64,000 nt of DNA, taken from assembly GCF_009914755.1 (NCBI RefSeq), contig NC_060941.1, one strand, 5' to 3'. Positions 1 to 12,800 of this stretch are shown piece after piece. Numbering within the stretch: position 1 is the first letter of the stretch; each line of letters opens with the position of its first letter. Position numbers and translations under genes: made by a program. The stretch is from the human T2T-CHM13v2.0 reference genome, Homo sapiens. The notes beneath the pieces were generated by a model. That model saw only the letters and a program-made list of their open reading frames with translations. It ran no database searches and was not told the DNA's origin.

Positions 1-957
1 AAAACTCTTGGTGACGACTGAGTTTAACTCACAGAGCTGAACATTCCTTTGGATGGAGCAGTTTCAAAACACACTATTTGTAGAATCTGCAAGTGGATAT
101 GTGGGCCTCTCTGAGGATTTCGTTGGAAACGGGATAAACCGCACAGAACTAAAACAGAAGCATTCTCAGAACCCTCTTCGTGATGTTTGCATTCAACTCA
201 CAGTGCTGAACCTTTCTTTGATAGTGCAGCTTTGAAACACTCTTTTTGTAGAAACTGCAAGTGGATATTTGGTCCTCTCTGAGGATTTCGTTGGAAACGG
301 GATAAACCGCACAGAACTAAAACAGAAGCATTCTCAGAACCTTCTTCGTGATGTTTGCATTCAACTCACAGTGTTGAACCTTTCCTTGATAGTTCAGGTT
401 TGAAACGGTCTTTCTGTAGAAAATGCAAGTAGATATTTGGACCTCTCTGAGGATTTCGTTGGAAACGGGATAAACCGCACAGAACTAAAACAGAAGCATT
501 CTCAGAACCCTCTTCGTGATGTTTGCATTCAACTCACAGTGCTGAACCTTTCTTTGATACTTCAGCTTTGAAACACTCTTCTTGTAGAAACTGCAAGTGG
601 ATATTTGGTCCTCTCTGAGGATTTCCTTCGAAACGGGATAAACCGCACAGAACTAAACAGAAGCATTCTCAGAACCTTCTTCGTGATGTCTGCATTCAAC
701 TCACAGTGTGGAACCTTTCTTTGATAGTTCAGGTTTGAAACACTCTTTTTGTAGAAACTGCAAGGGGATAATTGCACTTCTTTGAGGCCTACCGTAGTAA
801 AGGAAATAACTTCCTATAGAAAGAAGACAGAAGCTTTCTCAGAAAATTCTTTGGGATGATTGAGTGGAACTCACAGAGCTGAACATTCCTTGCGATGTAG
901 CAGTTTAGAAACACACTTTCTGCAGAATCTGCAAGTGCATATTTGGACCTCTCTGAG

Positions 958-3839
958 GAATTCGTTGGAAACGGGATAATTACAGCTGACTAAACAGAAG
1001 CAGTCTCAGAATCTTCTTTTTGATGTTTGCATTCAAATCCCAGAGTTGAACTTTCCTTTCAAAGTTCACGTTTGAAACACTCTTTTTGCAGGATCTACAA
1101 GTGGATATTTGGACCACTCTGTGTCCTTCGTTCGAAACGGGTATATCTTCACATGACATCTAGACAGAAGCATTCTCAGAAGCTTCTCTGTGATGACTGC
1201 ATTCAACTCAGGGAGTTGAACACTCCTTTTGAGAGCGCAGTTTTGAAACTCTCTTTCTGTGGCATCTGCAAGGGGACATGTAGACCTCTTTGAAGATTTC
1301 GTTGGAAACGGAATCTTCTTCACATAAAAAATATACAGATGCATTCTCAGGAACTTTTTGGTGATGTTTGTATTCAACTCCCAGAGTTGAACTTTCCTTT
1401 GGAAAGAGCAGCTATGAAACACTCTTTTTCTAGAATCTGCAAGTGGACGTTTGGAGGGCTTTGTGGTTTGTGGTGGAAAAGGAAATATCTTCACCTAAAT
1501 ACTAGATAGAAGCATTCTCAGAAACTGCTTTGTGATGATTGCATTCACCTCACAGAGTTGAACATTCCTATTGATAGAGCAGTTTGGAAACACTCTTGTT
1601 GTGGAATGTGCAAGTGGAGATTTGGAGCGCTTTGAGGCCTATGGTAGTAAAGGGAATAGCTTCATAGAAAAACTAGACAGAAGCATTCTCAGAAAATACT
1701 TTGTGATGATTGAGTTTAACTCAAAGAGCTGAACATTCCTTTGGGTGGAGCAGGTTTGAGACACACTTTTTGTAGAATCTACAAGTGGATATTTGGACCT
1801 CTCTGAGGATTTCGTTGGAAACGGGATAACTGCACCTAACTAAAGGGAAGCATTCTCAGAAACTTCTTGGTGATGTTTGCATTCAAATCCCAGAGTTGAA
1901 CCTTCCTTTGATAGTTCAGGTTTGAAACACTCTTTTTGTAGGATCTGCAAGTGGATATTTGGACCACTCTGTGGCCTTCGTTCGAAACGGGTACATCTTC
2001 GCATAAAATCTAGACAGAAGCCTTCTCAGAAACTTCTCTGTGATGATTGCATTCAACTCACAGAGTTGAACCCTACTATGGATAGAGCAGTGTTGAAACT
2101 CTGTTTTTGTGGAATCTGCAGGTGGATATGTGGACCTCTCCGAAGATGTCTTTGGAAACGGGAATATCTTCACATAAAAACTAAACAGAAGCATTCTCAG
2201 AAACTTCTCTGTGATGTTTGTGTTCAACTCCCAGAGTTTCACATTGCTTTTCATAGAGTCGTTCTGAAACATGCTTTTCGTACTGTCTACAAGTGGACAT
2301 TTGGAGCGCTTTCAGGCCTGTGGTGGAAAACGAATTATGGTCACATAAAAACTGGAGAGAAGCATTGTCAGAAACTTCTTTGTGATGATTGCATTCAACT
2401 CACAGAGTTGAAGGTTCCTTTTCAAAGAGCAGTTTCAAATCACTCTTTCCGTGGAATCTGCAAGTGGATATTTGGACCTCTTTGAAGATTTTGTTGGAAA
2501 CGGGAGAATCTTCACAGAAAAGCTAAACAGAAGCATTCTCAGAAACTTCTTTGTGATGCTTGCATTCAACTCACAGAGTTGAACTTTCCTTTCGAGAGAG
2601 AAACTTTGAAACACTCTTTTTCCAGAATCTGCAAGTGGACATTTGGAGGGCTTTGAGGCCTGTGGTGGAAAAGGAATTATCTTCCCGTAAAAGCTAGATA
2701 GAAGCATTCTCAGAAACTACTTTGTGATGATTGCATTCAAGTCACAGAGTTGAACATTCCCTTTGACAGAGCAGTTTGGAAACTCTCTTTGTGTAGAATC
2801 TGCAAGTGGAGATATGGACCGCTTTGAGGCCTATGGTAGTAAAGGAAATAGCTTCATATAAAAGCTAGACAGTAGCATTCACAGAAAACTCTTGGTGACG
2901 ACTGAGTTTAACTCACAGAGCTGAACATTCCTTTGGATGGAGCAGTTTCGAAACACACTATTTGTAGAATGTGCAAGTGGATATTTGGGCCTCTCTGAGG
3001 ATTTCGTTGGAAACGGGATAAACCGCACAGAACTAAACAGAAGCATTCTCAGAACCTTCTTCGTGATGTTTGCATTCAACTCACAGTGTTGAACCTTTCT
3101 TTGATAGTTCAGGTTGGAAACGGTCTTTCTGTAGAAACTGCAAGTAGATATTTGGACCTCTCTGAGGATTTCGTTGGAAACAGGATAAACCGCACAGAAC
3201 TAAAACAGAAGCATTCTCAGAACCCTCTTCGTGATGTTTGCATTCAACTCACAGTGTTGAACCTTTCTTTGAGAGTTCAGCTTTGAAACGGTCTTTCTGT
3301 AGAAAATGCAAGTAGATATTTGGACCTCTCTGCGGATTTCTTTGGAAACGGGATAAACCGCACAGAACTAAAACAGAAGCATTCTCAGAACCCTCTTCGT
3401 GATGTTTGCATTCAACTCACAGTGCTGAACCTTTCTTTGATTGTTCAGCTTTGAAACACTCTTTTTGAAGAAACTGCAAATGGATATTTGGTCCTCTCTG
3501 AGGATTTCGTTGGAAAAGGGATAAAACGCAAAGAACTAAACAGAAGCATTCTCAGAACCTTCTTCGTGATGTCTGCATTCAACTCACAGTGTGGAACCTT
3601 TCTTTGATAGTTCAGGTTTGAAACACTCTTTTTGTAGAAACTGCAAGGGGATAATTGCACTCTTTGAGGAGTACCGTAGTAAAGGAAATAACTTCCTATA
3701 AAAAGAAGACAGAAGCTTTCTCAGAAAATTCTTTGGGATGATTGAGTTGAACTCACAGAGCTGAGCATTCCTTGCGATGTAGCAGTTTAGAAACACACTT
3801 TCTGCAGAATCTGCAAGTGCATATTTGGACCTCTCTGAG
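958..3839 (+). repeat. 17-monomer HOR variant (2,882 bp)
   Basis: EcoRI-to-EcoRI distance is 2,882 = 2,715 + 167. The variable cluster at ~2874-3713 has five monomers instead of four. Confidence 0.9.
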
Positions 3840-6800
3840 GAATTCGTTGGAAACGGGATAATTTCAGCTGACTAAACAGAAGCAGTCTCAGAATCTTCTT
3901 TGTGATGTTTGCATTCAAATCCCAGAGTTGAACTTTCCTTTCAAAGTTCACGTTTGAAACACTCTTTTTGCAGGATCTACAAGTGGATATTTGGACCACT
4001 CTGTGTCCTTCGTTCGGAACGGGTATATCTTCACATGACACCTAGACAGAAGCATTCTCAGAAGCTTCTCTGTGATGACTGCATTCAACTCACGGAGTTG
4101 AACACTCCTTTTGAGAGCGCAGTTTTGAAACTCTCTTTCTGTGGCATCTGCAAGGGGACATGTAGACCTCTTTGAAGATTTAGTTGGAAACGGAATCATC
4201 TTCACATAAAATCTATACAGATGCATTCTCAGGAACTTTTTGGTGATGTTTGTATTCAACTCCCAGAGTTGAGCTTTCCTTTGGAAAGAGCAGCTATGAA
4301 ACACTCTTTTTCTAGAATCTGCAAGTGGACGTTTGGAGTGCTTTGTGGATTGTGGTGGAAAAGGAAATATCTTCACCTAAATACTAGATAGAAGCATTCT
4401 CAGAAACTGCTTTGTGATGATTGCATTCACCTCACAGAGTTGAACATTCCTATTGATAGAGCAGTTTGGAAACACTCTTGTTGTGGAATGTGCAAGTGGA
4501 AATTTGGAGCGCTTTGAGGCCTATGGTAGTAAAGGGAATAGCTTCATAGAAAAACTAGACAGAAGCATTCTCAGAAAATACTTTGTGATGATTGAGTTTA
4601 AATCACAGAGCTGAACATTCCTTTGGATGGAGCAGGTTTGATACACACTTTTTGTAGTATCTACAAGTGGATATTTGGACCTCTCTGAGGATTTCGTTGG
4701 AAACGGGATAACTGCACCTAACTAAACGGAAGCATTCTCAGAAACTTCTTGGTGATGTTTCCATTCAAATCCCAGAGTTGAACCTTCCTTTGATAGTTCA
4801 GGTTTGAAACACTCTTTTTGTAGTATCTGCAAGTGGATGTTTGGACCACACTGTGGCCTTCGTTCGAAACGGGTATATCTTCGCATAAAATCCAGACAGA
4901 AGCCTTCTCAGAAACTTCTCTGTGATGATGGCATTCAACACACAGAGTTGAACCCTCCTATGGATAGAGCAGTGTTGAAACTCTCTTTTTGTGGAATCTG
5001 CAAGTGGATATGTGGACCTCTCCGAAGATGTCTTTGGAAACGGGAATATCTTCACATAAAAACTAAACAGAAGCATTCTCAGAAACTTCTCTGTGATGTT
5101 TGTGTTCAACTCCCAGAGTTTCACATTGCTTTTCATAGAGTAGTTCTGAAACATGCTTTTCGTAGTGTCTGCAAGTGGACATTTGGAGCGCTTTCAGGCC
5201 TGTGGTGGAAAACGAATTATGGTCACATAAAAACTGGAGAGAAGCATTGTCAGAAACTTCTTTGTGATGATTGCATTCAACTCACAGAGTTGAAGGTTCC
5301 TTTTCAAAGAGCAGTTTCCAATCACTCTTTCTGTGGAATCTGCAAGTAGATATTTGGACCGCTTTGAAGATTTCGTTGGAAACGGGAGAATCTTCACAGA
5401 AAAGCTAAACAGAAGCATTCTCAGAAACTTCTTTGTGATGCTTGCATTCAACTCACAGAGTTGAACTTTCCTTTCGAGAGAGAAGCTTTGAAACACTCTT
5501 TTTCCAGAATCTGCAAGTGGACATTTGGAGGGCTTTGAGGCCTGTGGTGGAAAAGGAATTATCTTCCCGTAAAAGCTAGATAGAAGCATTCTCAGAAACT
5601 ACTTTGTGATGATTGCATTCAAGTCACAGAGTTGAACATTCCCTTTGACAGAGCAGTTTGGAAACTCTCTTTGTGTAGAATCTGCAAGTGGAGATATGGA
5701 CCGCTTTGAGGCCTATGGTAGTAAAGGAAATAGCTTCATATAAAAGCTAGACAGTAGCATTCACAGAAAACTCTTGGTGACGACTGAGTTTAACTCACAG
5801 AGCTGAACATTCCTTTGGATGGAGCAGTTTCGAAACACACTATTTGTAGAATCTGCAAGTGGATATGTGGGCCTCTCTGAGGATTTCGTTGGAAACGGGA
5901 TAAACCGCACAGAACTAAAACAGAAGCATTCTCAGAACCCTCTTCGTGATGTTTGCATTCAACTCACAGTGCTGAACCTTTCTTTGATAGTTCAGCTTTG
6001 AAACACTCTTTTTGTAGAATCTGCAAATGGATATTTGGTCCTCTCTGAGGATTTCGTTGGAAAAGGGATAAAACGCACAGAACTAAACAGAAGCATTCTC
6101 AGAACCTTCTTCGTGATGTCTGCATTCAACTCACAGTGTGGAACCTTTCTTTGATAGTTCAGGTTTGAAACACTCTTTTTGTAGAAACTGCAAGGGGATA
6201 ATTGCACTCTTTGAGGGGTACCGTAGTAAAGGAAATAACTTCCTATAAAAAGAAGACAGAAGTTTTCTCAGAAAATTCTTTGGGATGATTGAGTTGAACT
6301 CACAGATCTGAGCATTCCTTGCGATGTAGCAGTATAGAAACACACTTTCTGCAGAATCTGCAAGTGCATATTTGGACCTCTCTGAGGAATTCGTTGGAAA
6401 CGGGATAATTTCAGCTAACTCGTTGGAAACGGGATAATTTCAGCTAACTAAACAGAAGCAGTCTCAGAATCTTCTTTGTGATGTTTGCATTCAAATCCCA
6501 GAGTTGAACTTTCCTTTCAAAGTTCACGTTTGAAACACTCTTTTTGCAGGATCTACAAGTGGATATTTGGACCACTCTGTGTCCTTCTTTCGAAACGGGT
6601 ATATCTTCACATGACATCTAGACAGAAGCATTCTCAGAAGCTTCTCTGTGATGACTGCATTCAACTCAAGGAGTTGAACACTCCTTTTGAGAGCGCAGTT
6701 TTGAAACTCTCTTTCTGTGGCATCTGCAAGGGGACATGTAGACCTCTTTGAAGATTTCGTTGGAAACGGAATCATCTTCACATAAAAACTATACAGATGC

Positions 6801-9800
6801 ATTCTCAGGAACTTTTTGGTGATGTTTGTATTCAACTCCCAGAGTTGAACTTTCCTTTGGAAAGAGCAGCTGTGAAACACTCTTTTTCTAGAATCTGCAA
6901 GAGGACGTTTGGAGGGCTTTGTGGTTTGTGGTGGAAAAGGAAATATCTTCACCTAAATACTAGATAGAAGCATTCTCAGAAACTGCTTTGTGATGATTGC
7001 ATTCACCTCACAGAGTTGAACATTCTTATTGATAGAGCAGTTTGGAAACACTCTTGTTGTGGAATGTGCAAGTGGAGATTTGGAGCGCTTTGAGGCCTAT
7101 GGTAGTAAAGGGAATAGCTTCATAGAAAAACTAGACAGAAGCATTCTCAGAAAATACTTTGTGATGATTGAGTTTAAATCACAGAGCTGAACATTCCTTT
7201 GGATGGAGCAGGTTTGAGACACACTTTTTGTAGAATCTACAAGTGGATATTTGGACCTCTCTGAGGATTTCGTTGGAAACGGGATAACTGCACCTAACTA
7301 AACGGAAGCATTCTCAGAAACTTCTTGGTGATGTTTGCATTCAAATACCAGAGTTGAACCTTCCTTTGATAGTTCAGGTTTGAAACACTCTTTTTGTAGG
7401 ATCTGCAAGTGGATATTTGGACCACTCTGTGGCCTTCTTTCGAAACGGGTATATCTTCGCATAAAATCTAGACAGAAGCCTCCTCAGAAACTTCCCTGTG
7501 ATGATTGCATTCAACTCACAGAGTTGAACCCTCCTATGGATAGAGCAGTGTTGAAACTCTCTTTTTGTGGAATCTGCAAGTGGATATGTGGACCTCTCCG
7601 AAGATGTCTTTGGAAACGGGAATATCTTCACATAAAAACTAAACAGAAGCATTCTGAGAAACTTCTCTGTGATGTTTGTGTTCAACTCCCAGAGTTTCAC
7701 ATTGCTTTTCATAGAGTAGTTCTGAAACATGCTTTTCGTAGTGTCTGCAAGTGGACATTTGGAGCGCTTTCAGGCCTGTGGTGGAAAACGATTTATGGTC
7801 ACATAAAAACTGGAGAGAAGCATTGTCAGAAACTTCTTTGTGATGATTGCATTCAACTCACAGAGTTGAAGGTTCCTTTTCAAACAGCAGTTTCCAATCA
7901 CTCTTTCTGTGGAATGTGCAAGTGGATATTTGGACCTCTTTGAAGATTTCGTTGGAAACGGGAGAATCTTCACAGAAAAGCTAAACAGAAGCATTCTCAG
8001 AAACTTCTTTGTGATGCTTGCATTCAACTCACAGAGTTGAACTTTCCTTTCGAGAGAGAAGCTTTGAAACACTCTTTTTCCAGAATCTGCAAGTGGACAT
8101 TTGGAGGGCTTTGAGGCCTGTGGTGGAAAAGGAATTATCTTCCCGTAAAAGCTAGATAGAAGCATTCTCAGAAACTACTTTGTGATGATTGCATTCAAGT
8201 CACAGAGTTGAACATTCCCTTTGACAGAGCAGTTTGGAAACTCTCTTTGTGTAGAATCTGCAAGTGGAGATATGGACCGCTTTGAGGCCTATGGTAGTAA
8301 AGGAAATAGCTTCATATAAAAGCTAGACAGTAGCATTCACAGAAAACTCTTGGTGACGACTGAGTTTAACTCACAGAGCTGAACATTCCTTTGGATGGAG
8401 CAGTTTCGAAACACACTATTTGTAGAATCTGCAAGTGGATATGTGGGCCTCTCTGAGGATTTCGTTGGAAAAGGGATAAACCGCACAGAACTAAAACAGA
8501 AGCATTCTCAGAACCCTCTTCGTGATGTTTGCATTCAACTCACAGTGCTGAACCTTTCTTTGATAGTTCAGCTTTGAAACACTCTTTTTGTAGAAACTGC
8601 AAATGGATATTTGGTCCTCTCTGAGGATTTCGTTGGAAAAGGGATAAAACGCACAGAACTAAACAGAAGCATTCTCAGAACCTTCTTCGTGATGTCTGCA
8701 TTCAACTCACAGTGTGGAACCTTTCTTTGATAGTTCAGGTTTGAAACACTCTTTTTGTAGAAACTGCAAGGGGATAATTGCACTCTTTGAGGCCTACCGT
8801 AGTAAAGGAAATAACTTCCTATAGAAAGAAGACAGAAGCTTTCTCAGAAAATTCTTTGGGATGATTGAGTGGAACTCACAGATCTGAACATTCCTTGCGA
8901 TGTAGCAGTTTAGAAACACACTTTCTGCAGAATCTGCAAGTGCATATGTGGACCTCTCTGAGGAATTCGTTGGAAACGGGATAATTTCAGCTGACTAAAC
9001 AGAAGCAGTCTCAGAATCTTCTTTGTGATGTTTGCATTCAAATCCCAGAGTTGAACTTTCCTTTCAAAGTTCACGTTTGAAACATTCTTTTTGCAGGATC
9101 TACAAGTGGATATTTGGACCACTCTGTGTCCTTCGTTCGAAACGGGTATATCTTCACATGACATCTAGACAGAAGCATTCTCAGAAGCTTCTCTGTGATG
9201 ACTGCATTCAACTCACGGAGTTGAACACTCCTTTTGACAGCGCAGTTTTGAAACTCTCTTTCTGTGGCATCTGCAAGGGGACATGTAGACCTCTTTGAAG
9301 ATTTCGTTGGAAACGGAATCATCTTCACATAAAAACTATACAGATGCATTCTCAGGAACTTTTTGGTGATGTTTGTATTCAACTCCCAGAGTTGAACTTT
9401 CCTTTGCAAAGAGCAGCTATGAAACACTCTTTTTCTAGAATCTGCAAGTGGACGTTTGGAGGGCTTTGTGGTTTGTGGTGGAAAAGGAAATATCTTCACC
9501 TAAATACTAGATAGAAGCATTCTCAGAAACTGCTTTGTGATGATTGCATTCACCTCACAGAGTTGAACATTCCTATTGATAGAGCAGTTTGGAAACACTC
9601 TTGTTGTGGAATGTGCAAGTGGAGATTTGGAGCGCTTTGAGGCCTATGGTAGTAAAGGGAATAGCTTCATAGAAAAACTAGACAGAAGCATTCTCAGAAA
9701 ATACTTTGTGATGATTGAGTTGAACTCACAGAGCTGAACATTCCTTTGGATGGAGCAGGTTTGAGACACACTTTTTGTAGAATCTACAAGTGGATATTTG

Positions 9801-12800
9801 GACCTCTCTGAGGATTTCGTTGGAAACGGGATAACTGCACCTAACTAAACGGAAGCATTCTCAGAAACTTCTTGGTGATGTTTGCATTCAAATCCCAGAG
9901 TTGAACCTTCCTTTGATAGTTCAGGTTTGAAACACTCTTTTTGTAGGATCTGCAAGTGGATATTTGGACCACTCTGTGGCCTTCGTTCGAAACGGGTACA
10001 TCTTCGCATAAAATCTAGACTGAAGCCTTCTCAGAAACTTCTCTGTGATGATTGCATTCAACTCACAGAGTTGAACCCTCCTATGGATAGAGCAGTGTTG
10101 AAACTCTCTTTTTGTGGAATCTGCAAGTGTATATGTGGACCTCTCCGAAGATGTCTTTGGAAACGGGAATATCTTCACATAAAAACTAAACAGAAGCATT
10201 CTCAGAAACTTCTCTGTGATGTTTGTGTTCAACTCCCAGAATTTCACATTGCTTTTCATAGAGTAGTTCTGAAACATGCTTTTCGTAGTGTCTGCAAGTG
10301 GACATTTGGAGTGCTTTCAGGCCTGTGGTGGAAAACGATTTATGGTCACATAAAAACTGGAGAGAAGCATTGTCAGAAACTTCTTTGTGATGATTGCATT
10401 CAACTCACAGAGTTGAAGGTTCCTTTTCAAACAGCAGTTTCCAATCACTCTTTCTGTGGAATCTGCAAGTGGATATTTGGACCTCTTTGAAGATTTCGTT
10501 GGAAACGGGAGAATATTCACAGAAAAGCTAAACAGAAGCATTCTCAGAAACTTCTTTGTGATGATTGCATTCAACTCACAGAGTTGAACTTTCCTTTCGA
10601 GAGAGAAGCTTTGAAACACTCTTTTTCCAGAATCTGCAAGTGGACATTTGGAGGGCTTTGAGGCCTGTGGTGGAAAAGGAATTATCTTCCCGTAAAAGCT
10701 AGATAGAAGCATTCTCAGAAACTACTTTGTGATGATTGCATTCAAGTCACAGAGTTGAACATTCCCTTTGACAGAGCAGTTTGGAAACTCTCTTTGTGTA
10801 GAATCTGCAAGTGGAGATATGGACCGCGTTGAGGCCTATGGTAGTAAAGGAAATAGCTTCATATAAAAGCTAGACAGTAGCATTCACAGAAAACTCTTGG
10901 TGACGACTGAGTTTAACACACAGAGCTGAACATTCCTTTGGATGGAGCAGTTTGAAAACACACTATTTGTAGAATCTGCAAGTGGATATGTGGGCCTCTC
11001 TGACGATTTCGTTGGAAACGGGATAAACCGCACAGAACTAAAACAGAAGCATTCTCAGAACCGTCTTCGTGATGTTTGCATTCAACTCACAGTGCTGAAC
11101 CTTTCTTTGATAGTTCAGCTTTGAAACACTCTTTTTGTAGAAACTGCAAATGGATATTTGGTCCTCTCTGAGGATTTCGTTGGAAAAGGTTAAAACGCAC
11201 AGAACTAAACAGAAGCATTCTCAGAACCTTCTTCGTGATGTCTGCATTCAACTCACAGTGTGGAACCTTTCTTTGATAGTTCAGGTTTGAAACACTCTTT
11301 TTGTAGAAACTGCAAGGGGATAATTGCACTCTTTGAGGAGTACCGTAGTAAAGGAAATAACTTCCTATAAAAAGAAGACAGAAGTTTCTCAGAAAATTCT
11401 TTGGGATGATTGAGTTGAACTCACAGAGCTGAGCATTCCTTGCGATGTAGCAGTTTAGAAACACACTTTCTGCAGAATCTGCAAGTGCATATTTGGACCT
11501 CTCTGAGGAATTCGTTGGAAACGGGATAATTTCAGCTGACTAAACAGAAGCAGTCTCAGAATCTTCTTTGTGATGTTTGCATTCAAATCCCAGAGTTGAA
11601 CTTTCCTTTCAAAGTTCACGTTTGAAACACTCTTTTTGCAGGATCTACAAGTGGATATTTGGACCACTCTGCGTCCTTCGTTCGAAACGGGTATATCTTC
11701 ACATGACATCTAGACAGAAGCATTCTCAGAAGCTTCTCTGTGATGACTGCATTCAACTCACGGAGTTGAACACTCCTTTTGAGAGCGCAGTTTTGAAACT
11801 CTCTTTCTGTGGCATCTGCAAGGGGACATGTAGACCTCTTTGAAGATTTCGTTGGAAACGGAATCATCTTCACATAAAAACTATACAGATGCATTCTCAG
11901 GAACTTTTTGGTGATGTTTGTATTCAACTCCCAGAGTTGAACTTTCCTTTGGAAAGAGCAGCTATGAAACACTCTTTTTCTAGAATCTGCAAGTGGACGT
12001 TTGGAGGGCTTTGTGGTTTGTGGTGGAAAAGGAAATATCTTCACCTAAATACTAGATAGAAGCATTCTCAGAAACTGCTTTGTGATGATTGCATTCACCT
12101 CACAGAGTTGAACATTCCTATTGATAGAGCAGTTTGGAAACACTCTTGTTGTGGAATGTGCAAGTGGAGATTTGGAGCGCTTTGAGGCCTATGGTAGTAA
12201 AGGGAATAGCTTCATAGAAAAACTAGACAGAAGCATTCTCAGAAAATACTTTGTGATGATTGAGTTTAACTCACAGAGCTGAACATTCCTTTGGATGGAG
12301 CAGGTTTGAGACACACTTTTTGTAGAATCTACAAGTGGATATTTGGACCTCTCTGAGGATTTCGTTGGAAACGGGATAACTGCACCTAACTAAACGGAAG
12401 CATTCTCAGAAACTTCTTGGTGATGTTCGCATTCAAATCCCAGAGTTGAACCTTCCTTTGATAGTTCAGGTTTGAAACACTCTTTTTGTAGGATCTGCAA
12501 GTGGATATTTGGACCACTCTGTGGCCTTCGTTCGAAACGGGTACATCTTCGCATAAAATCTAGACAGAAGCCTTCTCAGAAACTTCTCTGTGATGATTGC
12601 ATTCAACTCACAGAGTTGAACCCTCCTATGGATAGAGCAGTGTTGAAACTCTCTTTTTGTGGAATCTGCAAGTGGATATGTGGACCTCTCCGAAGATGTC
12701 TTTGGAAACGGGAATATCTTCACATAAAAACTAAAGAGAAGCATTCTCAGAAACTTCTCTGTGATGTTTGTGTTCAACTCCCAGAGTTTCACATTGCTTT

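Noticed and set aside
1127-1143. Short palindromes (TTCGAA, AAGCTT, GAATTC) as hairpins, terminators or regulatory dyads
   Set aside because: Only 6-bp sites expected within satellite sequence; no extended inverted repeat is visible.
6392-6449. 29-bp duplication as a target-site duplication or mobile-element scar
   Set aside because: The copies are directly adjacent with no inserted sequence, and the length is atypical. A simple tandem duplication suffices.
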